From a virus (lineage: Duplodnaviria; Caudoviricetes): 52,003 nucleotides of DNA. Made by a program: the position numbers and the translations under genes. Where the stretch lies: positions 1 to 52,003 of the IMG/VR virus record IMGVR_UViG_3300015360_000006; one strand, written 5' to 3'. Positions 1-8,181 of the stretch are shown here, in pieces (position 1 is the first letter of the stretch; every line of letters begins with the position of its first letter). Below the pieces are notes generated by a model, which did not search any database, had not been told where the DNA came from, and saw nothing but the letters and a program-made list of their open reading frames with translations.

Positions 1-123
1 ATGTTCGCCGCTTGTACGCTTGCATTCAACTTCGCGAACTCGGCCTTCAATGGGATGAGATCGCCGAACAATGGGACTGGAGTGCTAATGCCTAAGACCA
101 TTCACAAGGCTGCAATGGCAGCA
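1..123. repeat. Terminal direct repeat (circular assembly overlap), copy 1
   Basis: 1-123 is identical to 51881-52003. It falls inside the bEBP coding sequence, so it is an assembly overlap rather than a biological DTR. Confidence 0.95.
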
Positions 124-684
124 CATTCTATCAGCGCCGCCGGACACAACGGCTACAACGCACGCGATGCCGCGGCACTGACGCGACTGGCGGCGCGATG
201 GCGCGCGAACAAGCAGAAGCCAATGCTTATCTCGGGTGAGACCTTTATGGTTACGCCTAGGTCCATGCAGATTTATTTGTACCGTGCGCGGTCGTACGTT
301 CGAGACAACCTGAATAACTATCCAGCGGATCTCATCACACTTACTGAGATGATGACATTCAAATTGGTGAAAGGTGATGTCATTATCTATGTTGCACCGC
401 GCAACAGATTGTCAGTCATTGCGGACACCACTGTGAGTGCCTTGGGCAAGGCAACAGGTCACGACTACAACGCCAAGCAATTGTTTGTGCACTGGATCAC
501 AAAGCCACACGATGCCGGCGAGTACCTAGACATCCCGGGCGATTACTCGCCCGACGATTTCACTTGGTTCGCCGATCAGGCGAGAGAGTACCGCGGCATT
601 ATCCACATCGTACAAGATGCTCAGAACCTTAGGGTTATCTGGGATAGCGAAAGAGTAGGAGGGTCAGATGAAAGTCCTTGGTAA
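88..684 (+). CDS. Hypothetical protein (198 aa) coupled to the bEBP gene
   Basis: On the circle, ATG at 88 overlaps the bEBP stop (ATGCCTAA). The ORF-track start at 1 is an artefact of the cut. Confidence 0.75.
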   Translation: MPKTIHKAAMAAHSISAAGHNGYNARDAAALTRLAARWRANKQKPMLISGETFMVTPRSMQIYLYRARSYVRDNLNNYPADLITLTEMMTFKLVKGDVIIYVAPRNRLSVIADTTVSALGKATGHDYNAKQLFVHWITKPHDAGEYLDIPGDYSPDDFTWFADQAREYRGIIHIVQDAQNLRVIWDSERVGGSDESPW

Positions 685-934
685 AATCCCATCCACTATA
701 GAGGAGTTGCTAGAGTATCCGGCCGACGCAGCGCAGCTGTCGGATGCGGATCTTCGCAAGATCCTCGCACCATATTTCCCACATACACGACCGACAGTAA
801 CCGCCAGTGCCGTTGAAGCTTTGATCGAACGCGCAGATAAAGTGATATCGGACGAAGCACTGTTGGCATTAGTACGTGCGCGTCAGAAAACTAGGTTGGA
901 AGCAGAAGCAAAAGCAGAGAAAGAAAAACTATGA
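668..934 (+). CDS. Hypothetical protein
   Basis: 88-aa ORF with GGAGG upstream, overlapping its neighbours in the operon. Confidence 0.7.
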   Translation: MKVLGKIPSTIEELLEYPADAAQLSDADLRKILAPYFPHTRPTVTASAVEALIERADKVISDEALLALVRARQKTRLEAEAKAEKEKL

Positions 935-1833
935 CATTCGAATACGAGCCACAGATCTTACCCGGTTCACGATTCTTACTCGTGAACGCGTCGTCACTCA
1001 AGCTACTGGATTGCGATCTCAAGTATTCGCTAACAGTGCGAGGGTATCACGGTGACAAGGGTGACACCTCCATTCCGGACATCGGGTCTGCGCTGCACAA
1101 ATATGCAGAGACTTACACACGCAACGCCGGCGACCACCTTGAGGCGCTCATGGCCGCGCGTAAAGATTACCCGAACGTGCCCGTCAAGACTCTCGTCGCC
1201 GCCACCGCGCGCCGAACTTCTGTCGTGCTGCCGCCGGCCATCGAAGTGGACGGCGAAATGCTGCTGGAGGCTAAGTTCTCGCAGCCTTGGCTGCGCACTG
1301 TAATCAATGGCGAAGTGATTCAGATCGTATTGTGCGGTACGATGGATCACGTAGGCTACGGCGAGGGAGGCGTGCGCATCATTGACTATAAGTCGACGCA
1401 CTACGTTGCGATGAAGTCGGCACTGGATAAGTACGCGCACGAGTCGCAGTTCAAGTTCTACATGTGGGTCTTGTGGAAGTTTGGCGCAGCGATGCTACCG
1501 CTGAACCTGTACAACGACGTGCGGGAAGGTAAGTTCTCATCTCAGGTGTGCATCATTCAAGTCAATGGTACCGATCCTAGGTGGTACCTTGACAAGAAGC
1601 GGTACATGACTGACTACCAATTCGGGACGTACGAAAAAGCGCTGGCAGCTATGCTGCCTCGCATGGTAGAGAGCTTCACCTTAGACAGGCCTAACGCTAA
1701 CGGCATGCTATGCAATGCGTGTCAGTACTGCGAGTACAAGAAGGTCTGCTTTGCCGAGTCAGTCATGGAACGGACGGCAGAATTTGACCTGCTAACCCAA
1801 GGCAGGTACGATCCTTTGAACAGAACAAATTAA
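931..1833 (+). CDS. PD-(D/E)XK Cas4/AddB-like exonuclease
   Basis: NASSLKLLDC, IGSALH, GTMD...IIDYKS, and a C-terminal CNACQYCEYKKVC Fe-S cysteine cluster. Confidence 0.85.
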   Translation: MTFEYEPQILPGSRFLLVNASSLKLLDCDLKYSLTVRGYHGDKGDTSIPDIGSALHKYAETYTRNAGDHLEALMAARKDYPNVPVKTLVAATARRTSVVLPPAIEVDGEMLLEAKFSQPWLRTVINGEVIQIVLCGTMDHVGYGEGGVRIIDYKSTHYVAMKSALDKYAHESQFKFYMWVLWKFGAAMLPLNLYNDVREGKFSSQVCIIQVNGTDPRWYLDKKRYMTDYQFGTYEKALAAMLPRMVESFTLDRPNANGMLCNACQYCEYKKVCFAESVMERTAEFDLLTQGRYDPLNRTN

Positions 1834-1840
1834 TATTGAT

Positions 1841-2671
1841 ATGTCATTCTTATCTAGAAAAACAACGGGGCCCGCTGACACGGAATTGTCGGCGGCCGGC
1901 GCCAACATGATGGCGACCGCGATGCCAGCCGTCGCCGCCTCACCACAACCTGCCTCGCACGGAATCTTTCTGCTGCCACTCAGTGCAAAGACTGGTGCAA
2001 GGCCAGTGGCAAACATCATTGTCGTGGCCGAGAGCGGCCATGGCAAAACCACATCGCTTGAGAATCTTGACTGGGCCAGCGGCAAGATTGCGTTCATCGA
2101 TACTGAGCTTAAGGGATTTGATTGGCAGCACAAGATCCCCGAAGACTGTTACTTCAAGGCAACGTCCGGCGAGAACTGCTTGGCCATCATGCGCCACGTG
2201 GAGAGCAATCCGAAGTTTGAGATTGCAGTCGTTGACTCGTTCACGGACTACGGCATCACTGCAAATGAGGATTGCAAGTCTAAGGCTGCGGGTTACGAAG
2301 CGTATAAGCTGAACACGACTGCCATTGTCAAGTTCCTCAAAGCCGCGCGCTCTTCACGTGTGCGCTGGATTGTGCTGGCAGTGCCGGAGTTGCTTACGAT
2401 GGAGTCGACGGGCAACACATCAGGCGTGGTGATCAAGCGCGCATCTGTGATGGGTCGCGAGATGGAGGGCAAGGTCGAGGCAGCATTTGCCTACGCGGTC
2501 TACATCAAGATTGTTTCCGAGCCCGGCAAGCGGAACCAATACTTCTTCGTGCTGCAATCGGATGGGAAGTCGCAGGCTAAGATCCCGCGCGGTGTGACGG
2601 AGGCGCTTCAAATTCCGTCCGATATGAACGGGCTTCTCAAGCTCATTGAAAAGTCTGAGGCTAAGGTTTAG
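1841..2671 (+). CDS. Sak4-like / AAA_24 P-loop ATPase (recombinase)
   Basis: Walker A AESGHGKTT, FIDTE, Walker B VVDS; sits next to the exonuclease and SSB. Confidence 0.8.
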   Translation: MSFLSRKTTGPADTELSAAGANMMATAMPAVAASPQPASHGIFLLPLSAKTGARPVANIIVVAESGHGKTTSLENLDWASGKIAFIDTELKGFDWQHKIPEDCYFKATSGENCLAIMRHVESNPKFEIAVVDSFTDYGITANEDCKSKAAGYEAYKLNTTAIVKFLKAARSSRVRWIVLAVPELLTMESTGNTSGVVIKRASVMGREMEGKVEAAFAYAVYIKIVSEPGKRNQYFFVLQSDGKSQAKIPRGVTEALQIPSDMNGLLKLIEKSEAKV

Positions 2672-2718
2672 TTACAGACATGCAGCCTATCTGCGGGTAG
2701 GCTGTAGTTTGCAACTAA
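2668..2718 (+). promoter_or_regulatory. Long imperfect hairpin upstream of rpoN (RNase III-type processing or stability element)
   Basis: TTAGTTACAGAC-A-TGCAGCCTATC-tgcg-GGTAGGCTGTA-GTTTGCAACTAA, followed by GAAAG and the ATG. Confidence 0.55.
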
Positions 2719-2729
2719 GAAAGTAAATT

Positions 2730-4196
2730 ATGAATACAGCATTGACACAAAAATTAGGGCAGACGTTAGTCTTGTCGCCGCAACTTCAACAGTCGCTGGC
2801 GGTCCTTGCGGCACCCGTACTGGAGTTGCGCGCGTTAGTCTCGAAAGAGTTAGAAAGCAATCCACTGCTCGAGTCGGTCAGCGATGTCGAGGAATCTGTG
2901 GAGGCGCGCGAGACTCGCGAAGATATGGAGGCCGCCATGGCCGATCCGCACGAGCCGCCGTTGGATGTGCAGTACGACCCGGCGAAGGAACCTGCGGCCG
3001 AAGACTCTGACTTCGACAAGGAGTTGCGCAGCTTATTAGAACTTGACCGCGACCTGTACGATTCACAATCGCTAGGCTCACTGAACACTTCATCGGATGC
3101 CGACGAGGAGCGCAGGCAATTCATGCTTGACTCGGCCAAGGCACCGCACACTTTGCAAGAGGAACTTGAGCAGCAGGTTCAAGGTATGCTCAATCTGACA
3201 TACGACGCTCGAGACGAGGCAATGGTATTTACACAGAACATTGATGAGCGCGGGTACTTGAATGTCCCATCAGATTTGTTCACTGAACATTTCATCGTGA
3301 GCATGCAGATGGTGCTTGAACCGCCGGGCATTGGCGCACGTAGCTTGCGCGAATCATTGAGGATTCAAACGATGCGCCATGCAAATCCCAACACGTTAGC
3401 GCTGTCTATCTTGGATTGGCACTTTGAGTTATTAAGTAAGCGCAAGTTTAATACAATTGCGGAGATTCTTGGTCTGGATTATGACGAGGTGTGCGATGCG
3501 TGCGCGTGGATTGCCAAGTTAAATCCCTATCCGGCGGCGCAATTCTACAACGCTGACAGCTCAGTTGTGACGCCAGAGCTTGATGTCGTTGCCGTCGCTG
3601 GTGTCATGGAAGTTCACCAACGCTCGGATTACTTACCCAATCTGCGCATAAGCAGTGGCGTCGCGCGCTTGGTAACTCATGCGGCGACCGACGCGACGAC
3701 GCGTGACTACATTCGCGAGAAGATCAGAGCGGGTAAGTTCTTCATCCGTAGTATTCATCAGCGACAGAATACAATTCTCCGCGTGGCAACTGAAATTGTA
3801 CGGCGGCAACATAATTTCTTTGCAAGTGGCAACGTCCTTGAATTACTACCGCTGACCATGTCGCAAGTTGCCGATGCCGTCGGCGTGCACGAGACCACCG
3901 TGAGCCGTGCGGTTTCCGGTAAGTACATGAGCACACCGCATGGAGTTCTTGAGTTGCGTTACTTCTTCTCATGCGGTGTGGCGAACGCGAGCGGAGTCGA
4001 CACGTCGAATCGCTCAGTCAAGTTGATGCTGGTGGAGATCATCGCGGGCGAGGACAAGAAGAATCCTTACTCGGATGAAGCCTTGGTTGCAGTATTGAAC
4101 TCCCGCGGCATGTGCATCGCCCGGCGCACGGCGGCCAAGTATCGCGCAGAGCATAACATTCTGCCGCGTCACTTGCGTGTAATTCATGGCACGTAG
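2730..4196 (+). CDS. rpoN: RNA polymerase sigma-54 factor
   Basis: Region I QxL...LSPQLQQSLAVL, NPLLE, IDERGYL, EPPGIGARSLRESL, HTH region PLTMSQVADAVGVHETTVSRAVSGKY, RpoN box ARRTAAKYR. Confidence 0.97.
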   Translation: MNTALTQKLGQTLVLSPQLQQSLAVLAAPVLELRALVSKELESNPLLESVSDVEESVEARETREDMEAAMADPHEPPLDVQYDPAKEPAAEDSDFDKELRSLLELDRDLYDSQSLGSLNTSSDADEERRQFMLDSAKAPHTLQEELEQQVQGMLNLTYDARDEAMVFTQNIDERGYLNVPSDLFTEHFIVSMQMVLEPPGIGARSLRESLRIQTMRHANPNTLALSILDWHFELLSKRKFNTIAEILGLDYDEVCDACAWIAKLNPYPAAQFYNADSSVVTPELDVVAVAGVMEVHQRSDYLPNLRISSGVARLVTHAATDATTRDYIREKIRAGKFFIRSIHQRQNTILRVATEIVRRQHNFFASGNVLELLPLTMSQVADAVGVHETTVSRAVSGKYMSTPHGVLELRYFFSCGVANASGVDTSNRSVKLMLVEIIAGEDKKNPYSDEALVAVLNSRGMCIARRTAAKYRAEHNILPRHLRVIHGT

Positions 4197-4202
4197 GCAG
4201 CT
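4187..4202 (+). promoter_or_regulatory. Sigma54 (-24/-12) promoter overlapping the rpoN stop codon
   Basis: TGGCACG-TAGG-CAGC-T with exact GG-N10-GC spacing, pointing into the SSB/replication genes. Confidence 0.7.
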
Positions 4203-4212
4203 TACCTATTTT

Positions 4213-4462
4213 GCGAGCGGTCGGATGGGCCGTTAGCTCTGTATCTTGTGATACGGATAACAGTACATTACATAAATAGGGATCAGTAATGTACTGCCAA
4301 TTTTGCTGAGCCCTGAAAGCCAGCGACTAGTGAGCTATGATTTCGTAGGAGATCTACGAATGGGGTACGCCAGAACGGGAGTGGCGGAGGTTGCAAGGCC
4401 TTGTGTTTTCCTCCATGAAACACTCACTAGGTAATTTCCAAGCACGTTAAGTGACTGGAATT
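4213..4462 (+). ncRNA. Structured 5' leader or candidate ncRNA
   Basis: About 290 nt with no + strand ORF. Several hairpins, including a perfect 11-bp stem CAGTACATTAC/GTAATGTACTG (4261-4296) and TTCGTAG/CTACGAA (4342-4360). Confidence 0.45.
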
Positions 4463-4492
4463 CAAAACAAAACAAAACAAAACAAAACAAAA
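4463..4492 (+). repeat. (CAAAA)6 tandem repeat directly before the SSB start codon
   Basis: Six CAAAA units ending in the A of ATG; no Shine-Dalgarno. Confidence 0.9.
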
Positions 4493-4995
4493 TGGGACTC
4501 ATCCGTAAAGCAGCACTGCCTGACAATAGCTGCGGTATTCCGCAGGAGTATTACAACGTGGCTATTGTGGAAGCCAAAGCCCAGAAGTCCAAGCGCACGG
4601 GCGCAGACATGATCGTTCTGAAGCTGGAGATCCTCTCTCCCAAAGAGGTTCCTGTCGAGGGAAAGCTCGTCCGCACTCAAGGACGCAAGTTCGACCACTA
4701 CATCGTGGCTTCGGAGAACGACAACCGATGGGTCAAGGAGATCGAGACCCTGCTGGGCGATGAGCTGCCGGCAGAAGTTGACAGCACCGAGCTGGCCATT
4801 GGGGCCGCTGCTGACTTGCAAGGTATGGTTCTGATGAACGTCTCGCTCAAAGCCGAGGAGCGTTACAAGAACCAGCCCGGGACCTACGAGCCGGAGATCG
4901 TCAACGGCCAGAAGATCGTCATCGGGTATGGCATTAGGTTCGCCGATGCCAACCGCCCGCGTGCGATCTCCGCCGAGGCCGCCGGTCTGGCCTAA
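4492..4995 (+). CDS. Single-stranded DNA-binding protein (DUF669-like)
   Basis: IPQEYYNVAIVEAKAQKSKRTGADMIVLKLEI fits the phage SSB pattern; completes the exonuclease-Sak4-SSB triad. Confidence 0.7.
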   Translation: MGLIRKAALPDNSCGIPQEYYNVAIVEAKAQKSKRTGADMIVLKLEILSPKEVPVEGKLVRTQGRKFDHYIVASENDNRWVKEIETLLGDELPAEVDSTELAIGAAADLQGMVLMNVSLKAEERYKNQPGTYEPEIVNGQKIVIGYGIRFADANRPRAISAEAAGLA

Positions 4996-5017
4996 GCCAG
5001 CAAGACACAGACAGTAT

Positions 5018-5056
5018 GAGGCGCGAGCTCCACAAGGGCTCGCGCCTTTCTCTTTT
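5018..5056 (+). terminator. Intrinsic terminator-like hairpin after SSB
   Basis: GAGGCGCGAGCTC-cacaa-GGGCTCGCGCCTT followed by TCTCTTTT. Confidence 0.7.
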
Positions 5057-5060
5057 CAAT

Positions 5061-6416
5061 ATGAATGTACATTATGTTTTAGGACATAGGTCGCGTTATG
5101 ATTTAGTTAACAAGGCATTCTCAGGACCTGCTCAAGTCTTTCTTGAAGACATATCGCTAGAGCTTAGCATTACGCACACTGTGTCTTGGTCCGACATGCC
5201 TATACCGCAGGTTAGTCATTGTGTTCTGGCCGGACCCAAAGCTTGGGCGCTGTGCGGATTCACTGAACGCGATGTGGGTGTGGTGATTGAGCGTGGCAAT
5301 GTAACTTACGTGTGCTCTTACCATCCGCAAGACGCCGTAGACGTGCGCAAGATTGACGAGTTGTTCACCGGGGTTGAAGACAGCGAACCCGACGAGGACG
5401 ATGCAGGTTCGGCCAAAGATGGCGCAACCACTCAGCGTATTAATTATCGCTTCTGGATACAGATCCACACTGAGAAACTGATTGCGCCCATACAGAAGCA
5501 TCGTCCGTTTAGCATGCGGATGGAGTCGTTGGTAAATTGTGGGTTTCCAAACTCAACGTATCTTTACCTAGACATTGAGACACACCCGCCTACCAATACA
5601 TTGCAGTGCATTACTGTAGGGTTTGACGAAGGCGCGGTGTTCTCCATTACGATCTACAATTACAAAGGAGAGTTGCAACCCGACGCACTGGACAGCATGG
5701 TCTGGCTGGTGCGAGCGCTCAAACGCTACACAGTTGTGATCCACAACGCCGCGTTCGACTTGCCATTCTTGGCAATGTTCCATGGCTTGGCGCACGGAGA
5801 TAAGATACACGATACCATGCTTATCTGGCATCGCATGTTTCCCGAGGCTGACAAGTCTTTGGCCCATGTGATTCAAGCGCTTACCAATCTACCTTATCAC
5901 AAGGATGAGGCTGGCACATTCTGTCCTCACAACCACAAGCAGCAGCAGACTTTGCTGGTGTACAATGCGCGTGATGTGTACGCATTGCGCGAGGTTCACA
6001 AGATGATGTTGCCCTTGAGTGCCAGCGCCCAATCAGTTTGCGATAGCATCCCTGATTATCTTTTCACTGGCTTGCTCGGGTTCTACATCAATGATCGCAG
6101 GTTGGCGCATCATCGGAAGCGCTTGTCTGTCGCCGCCCAGCAGCTTGAACGCATCATGCGCTTGCTAGTTGGTGTCAGTGATTTCAATCCTAACTCCGGC
6201 AAGCAGGTACAGATTTGGTTGTACGACAAACTCAAATACAAACCTCCTACGCTTACCGACAGCGGCGCGCCGGCGACGGATGCTACTACGTTGTACAAGT
6301 TACTGATCACACATCCTAAGAATGTGGCTTTGCAAGTGCTGCTTGAGATCAAGGAAAATTCCAAGCGACTATCGTCCATCAATTATAAACCATACACTCA
6401 ACTCAACGAGCGATGA
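5061..6416 (+). CDS. polA: DNA polymerase A, N-terminal subunit (UDG-like domain, 3'-5' exonuclease, thumb)
   Basis: UDG-like FSGPA...LAG...SYHP; Exo I YLDIET, Exo II HNAAFD, DTML, Exo III YNARD; thumb FNPNSGKQV...LY; ends just before the palm. Confidence 0.88.
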   Translation: MNVHYVLGHRSRYDLVNKAFSGPAQVFLEDISLELSITHTVSWSDMPIPQVSHCVLAGPKAWALCGFTERDVGVVIERGNVTYVCSYHPQDAVDVRKIDELFTGVEDSEPDEDDAGSAKDGATTQRINYRFWIQIHTEKLIAPIQKHRPFSMRMESLVNCGFPNSTYLYLDIETHPPTNTLQCITVGFDEGAVFSITIYNYKGELQPDALDSMVWLVRALKRYTVVIHNAAFDLPFLAMFHGLAHGDKIHDTMLIWHRMFPEADKSLAHVIQALTNLPYHKDEAGTFCPHNHKQQQTLLVYNARDVYALREVHKMMLPLSASAQSVCDSIPDYLFTGLLGFYINDRRLAHHRKRLSVAAQQLERIMRLLVGVSDFNPNSGKQVQIWLYDKLKYKPPTLTDSGAPATDATTLYKLLITHPKNVALQVLLEIKENSKRLSSINYKPYTQLNER

Positions 6417-7183
6417 AACAAACACGCAATGCAGCCATTGCTGCGTCTATCTCGCGGCCGTGCGAGGTCTTCGCCGAGCCTGTCACTTCCGGTTGGGAGT
6501 GCCGCCCCAAACTTAACGGTGTCTTCGCACGCTGGGATTCGGCGTCGCAGACACTGTACTCTAAGCGTGGGATTGCATTCAAGCAGCACCTGATTCCGCT
6601 TATCTATGCCGCACTGGAGAAAACGCGCCTCGATCTAGATGGTGAGATCTGGGCTGACGATATTCCGTTGCAAGTTATTTGCGGCATGTTGAACCATGAG
6701 CGCGACGAGATGGCGCCCGATGCGCTCAAGTTAAACTACGTTGCCTTCGACGCACCCGACAAGAGTAGGATGATTCCCTACAAGTTTCGGTACAGTCAGG
6801 TGAGGGAGTCGGGCGTGTACAATTTAGATGATCTAGACAATGTCACGACAGGCAACACCGACGGTTACATCTACCGTTTCTTGAATGGTGTCTACATACC
6901 CGGCGTCAATGGCAACATCAGGAAGCTGAAATCGTGGCGCGACATGGAAGTGGATGTCATTGGCGCGGAGCTTGCGGATCCTAATTCCCTGATGCACGGT
7001 ATGCTGGGCGGATTGTTGTGCCGCATGGAGAACGGTGTTAAGTTCTCTGTAGGTTCAGGCTTCAATATCCCGGAGCGACAGGAGTTCATCAAGGATTACC
7101 CTATGCGCATCAAGGTTAAATATCTTTCACTATCAACCGCAGGTGTTCCTTTGAATCCTGTGTACATCGGTCTCGACTTGTGA
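6413..7183 (+). CDS. Minimal ATP-dependent DNA ligase
   Basis: KLNG adenylation motif, LDGEIW, YVAFD, KLK, OB-fold FSVGSGF. Confidence 0.85.
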   Translation: MKQTRNAAIAASISRPCEVFAEPVTSGWECRPKLNGVFARWDSASQTLYSKRGIAFKQHLIPLIYAALEKTRLDLDGEIWADDIPLQVICGMLNHERDEMAPDALKLNYVAFDAPDKSRMIPYKFRYSQVRESGVYNLDDLDNVTTGNTDGYIYRFLNGVYIPGVNGNIRKLKSWRDMEVDVIGAELADPNSLMHGMLGGLLCRMENGVKFSVGSGFNIPERQEFIKDYPMRIKVKYLSLSTAGVPLNPVYIGLDL

Positions 7184-7201
7184 ACCAGAAGGAAAAAACA
7201 A

Positions 7202-7846
7202 ATGATAACAGTTAAAGCAAGTGACATCCTGAATGTTATTGCTCTCGAAGGTGTGGTAATCCGTCATGACGGATGTTCCGATACTGACACAGCCCTCAGC
7301 ATCAACAGATCGGGCCGTATAATGTACATGGCATCCAAGCTGTCCGATCGTGGAGTGTGCTCAATCATTACAACCAGGCAGTGGGGGGTCTTTATGATCG
7401 AACTCCATGATGAGTACGTACAAGCTGATAACAACAGGATGCTTGTGTGGGATGAAGAGGCAATTACGAGGTTGGAAAACTGGAAATACATTGTCAAGGA
7501 GGAAGACATCGACGGGTTTGCATCCAAAATTAAGAAGCCCAAAGCAGCTGTGGCTAACCTGAAACCCACGGAGGTTAACATCTGCGAAGCTGCACGCTTG
7601 GCACTCAACGCTCAGTACAATCTTAACATCCCAGAGCTTGGAGATCATGAAGACTGCGATGGAGGGATTGATGTATACGGATTCGATGGCGGTCAGCTTT
7701 CAGTCTGCCTTGATAAGTGCCAGATTGAGTTGTACCTCTTCACCCCGGGCGAAGGTGATGTCGTCCACAATTACACCTTCGCACTGGGCGATATCGTCAA
7801 GACCTACGACAACCGAAAGCATTTGATCTCTCCGGGTCAGGAGTAG
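7202..7846 (+). CDS. Hypothetical protein
   Basis: 214-aa ORF with AGAAGGA upstream. Confidence 0.75.
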   Translation: MITVKASDILNVIALEGVVIRHDGCSDTDTALSINRSGRIMYMASKLSDRGVCSIITTRQWGVFMIELHDEYVQADNNRMLVWDEEAITRLENWKYIVKEEDIDGFASKIKKPKAAVANLKPTEVNICEAARLALNAQYNLNIPELGDHEDCDGGIDVYGFDGGQLSVCLDKCQIELYLFTPGEGDVVHNYTFALGDIVKTYDNRKHLISPGQE

Positions 7847-7922
7847 ATCTCACAATAGGCGAACCCGCTGCGGCGGGCCTTCCGCTTAGCTACCACAAGT
7901 TGGTGGTTAAGGAGAAGGCAAC

Positions 7923-8171
7923 ATGAATTACGAATACATAGACACAAATGATCCTGTCTTGCAGTTGACCGAAGCTCAAAAAGCTAGCTGGCGAAAGAAC
8001 GACAGTTACAATGAGAAGATGGTTGTAGTATACCAGTACATCAGGTTTCTTGGTTACAGGAATAATGATTATAAGGACGAATGGTTCAATTGCGACAAAG
8101 ATCCGGTTGACATTGATGCCGTTGAGGTAGAGATCGAACATCACTTCGACAACGTATCCAAGGAAAGTTAA
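7923..8171 (+). CDS. Hypothetical acidic protein
   Basis: 82-aa ORF with an AAGGAG RBS. Confidence 0.7.
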   Translation: MNYEYIDTNDPVLQLTEAQKASWRKNDSYNEKMVVVYQYIRFLGYRNNDYKDEWFNCDKDPVDIDAVEVEIEHHFDNVSKES

Positions 8172-8181
8172 CAAACAAATT

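Noticed and set aside
1-87. N-terminal 29 aa of ORF 1..684
   Set aside because: These bases are the 3' end of the bEBP gene in another frame; ATG 88 is the coupled start
1-123. 123-bp terminal repeat as a biological DTR
   Set aside because: It cuts through the bEBP coding sequence, as expected for an assembler overlap of a circular contig
4360-4405. GGTTGCAAGGCC as a tRNA T-arm
   Set aside because: No cloverleaf, acceptor stem or anticodon arm could be built
4463-4492. CAAAA array or CTCGCCA repeats as a CRISPR array; the Cas4-like nuclease as a cas gene
   Set aside because: No repeat-spacer structure; the nuclease belongs to the phage recombination triad
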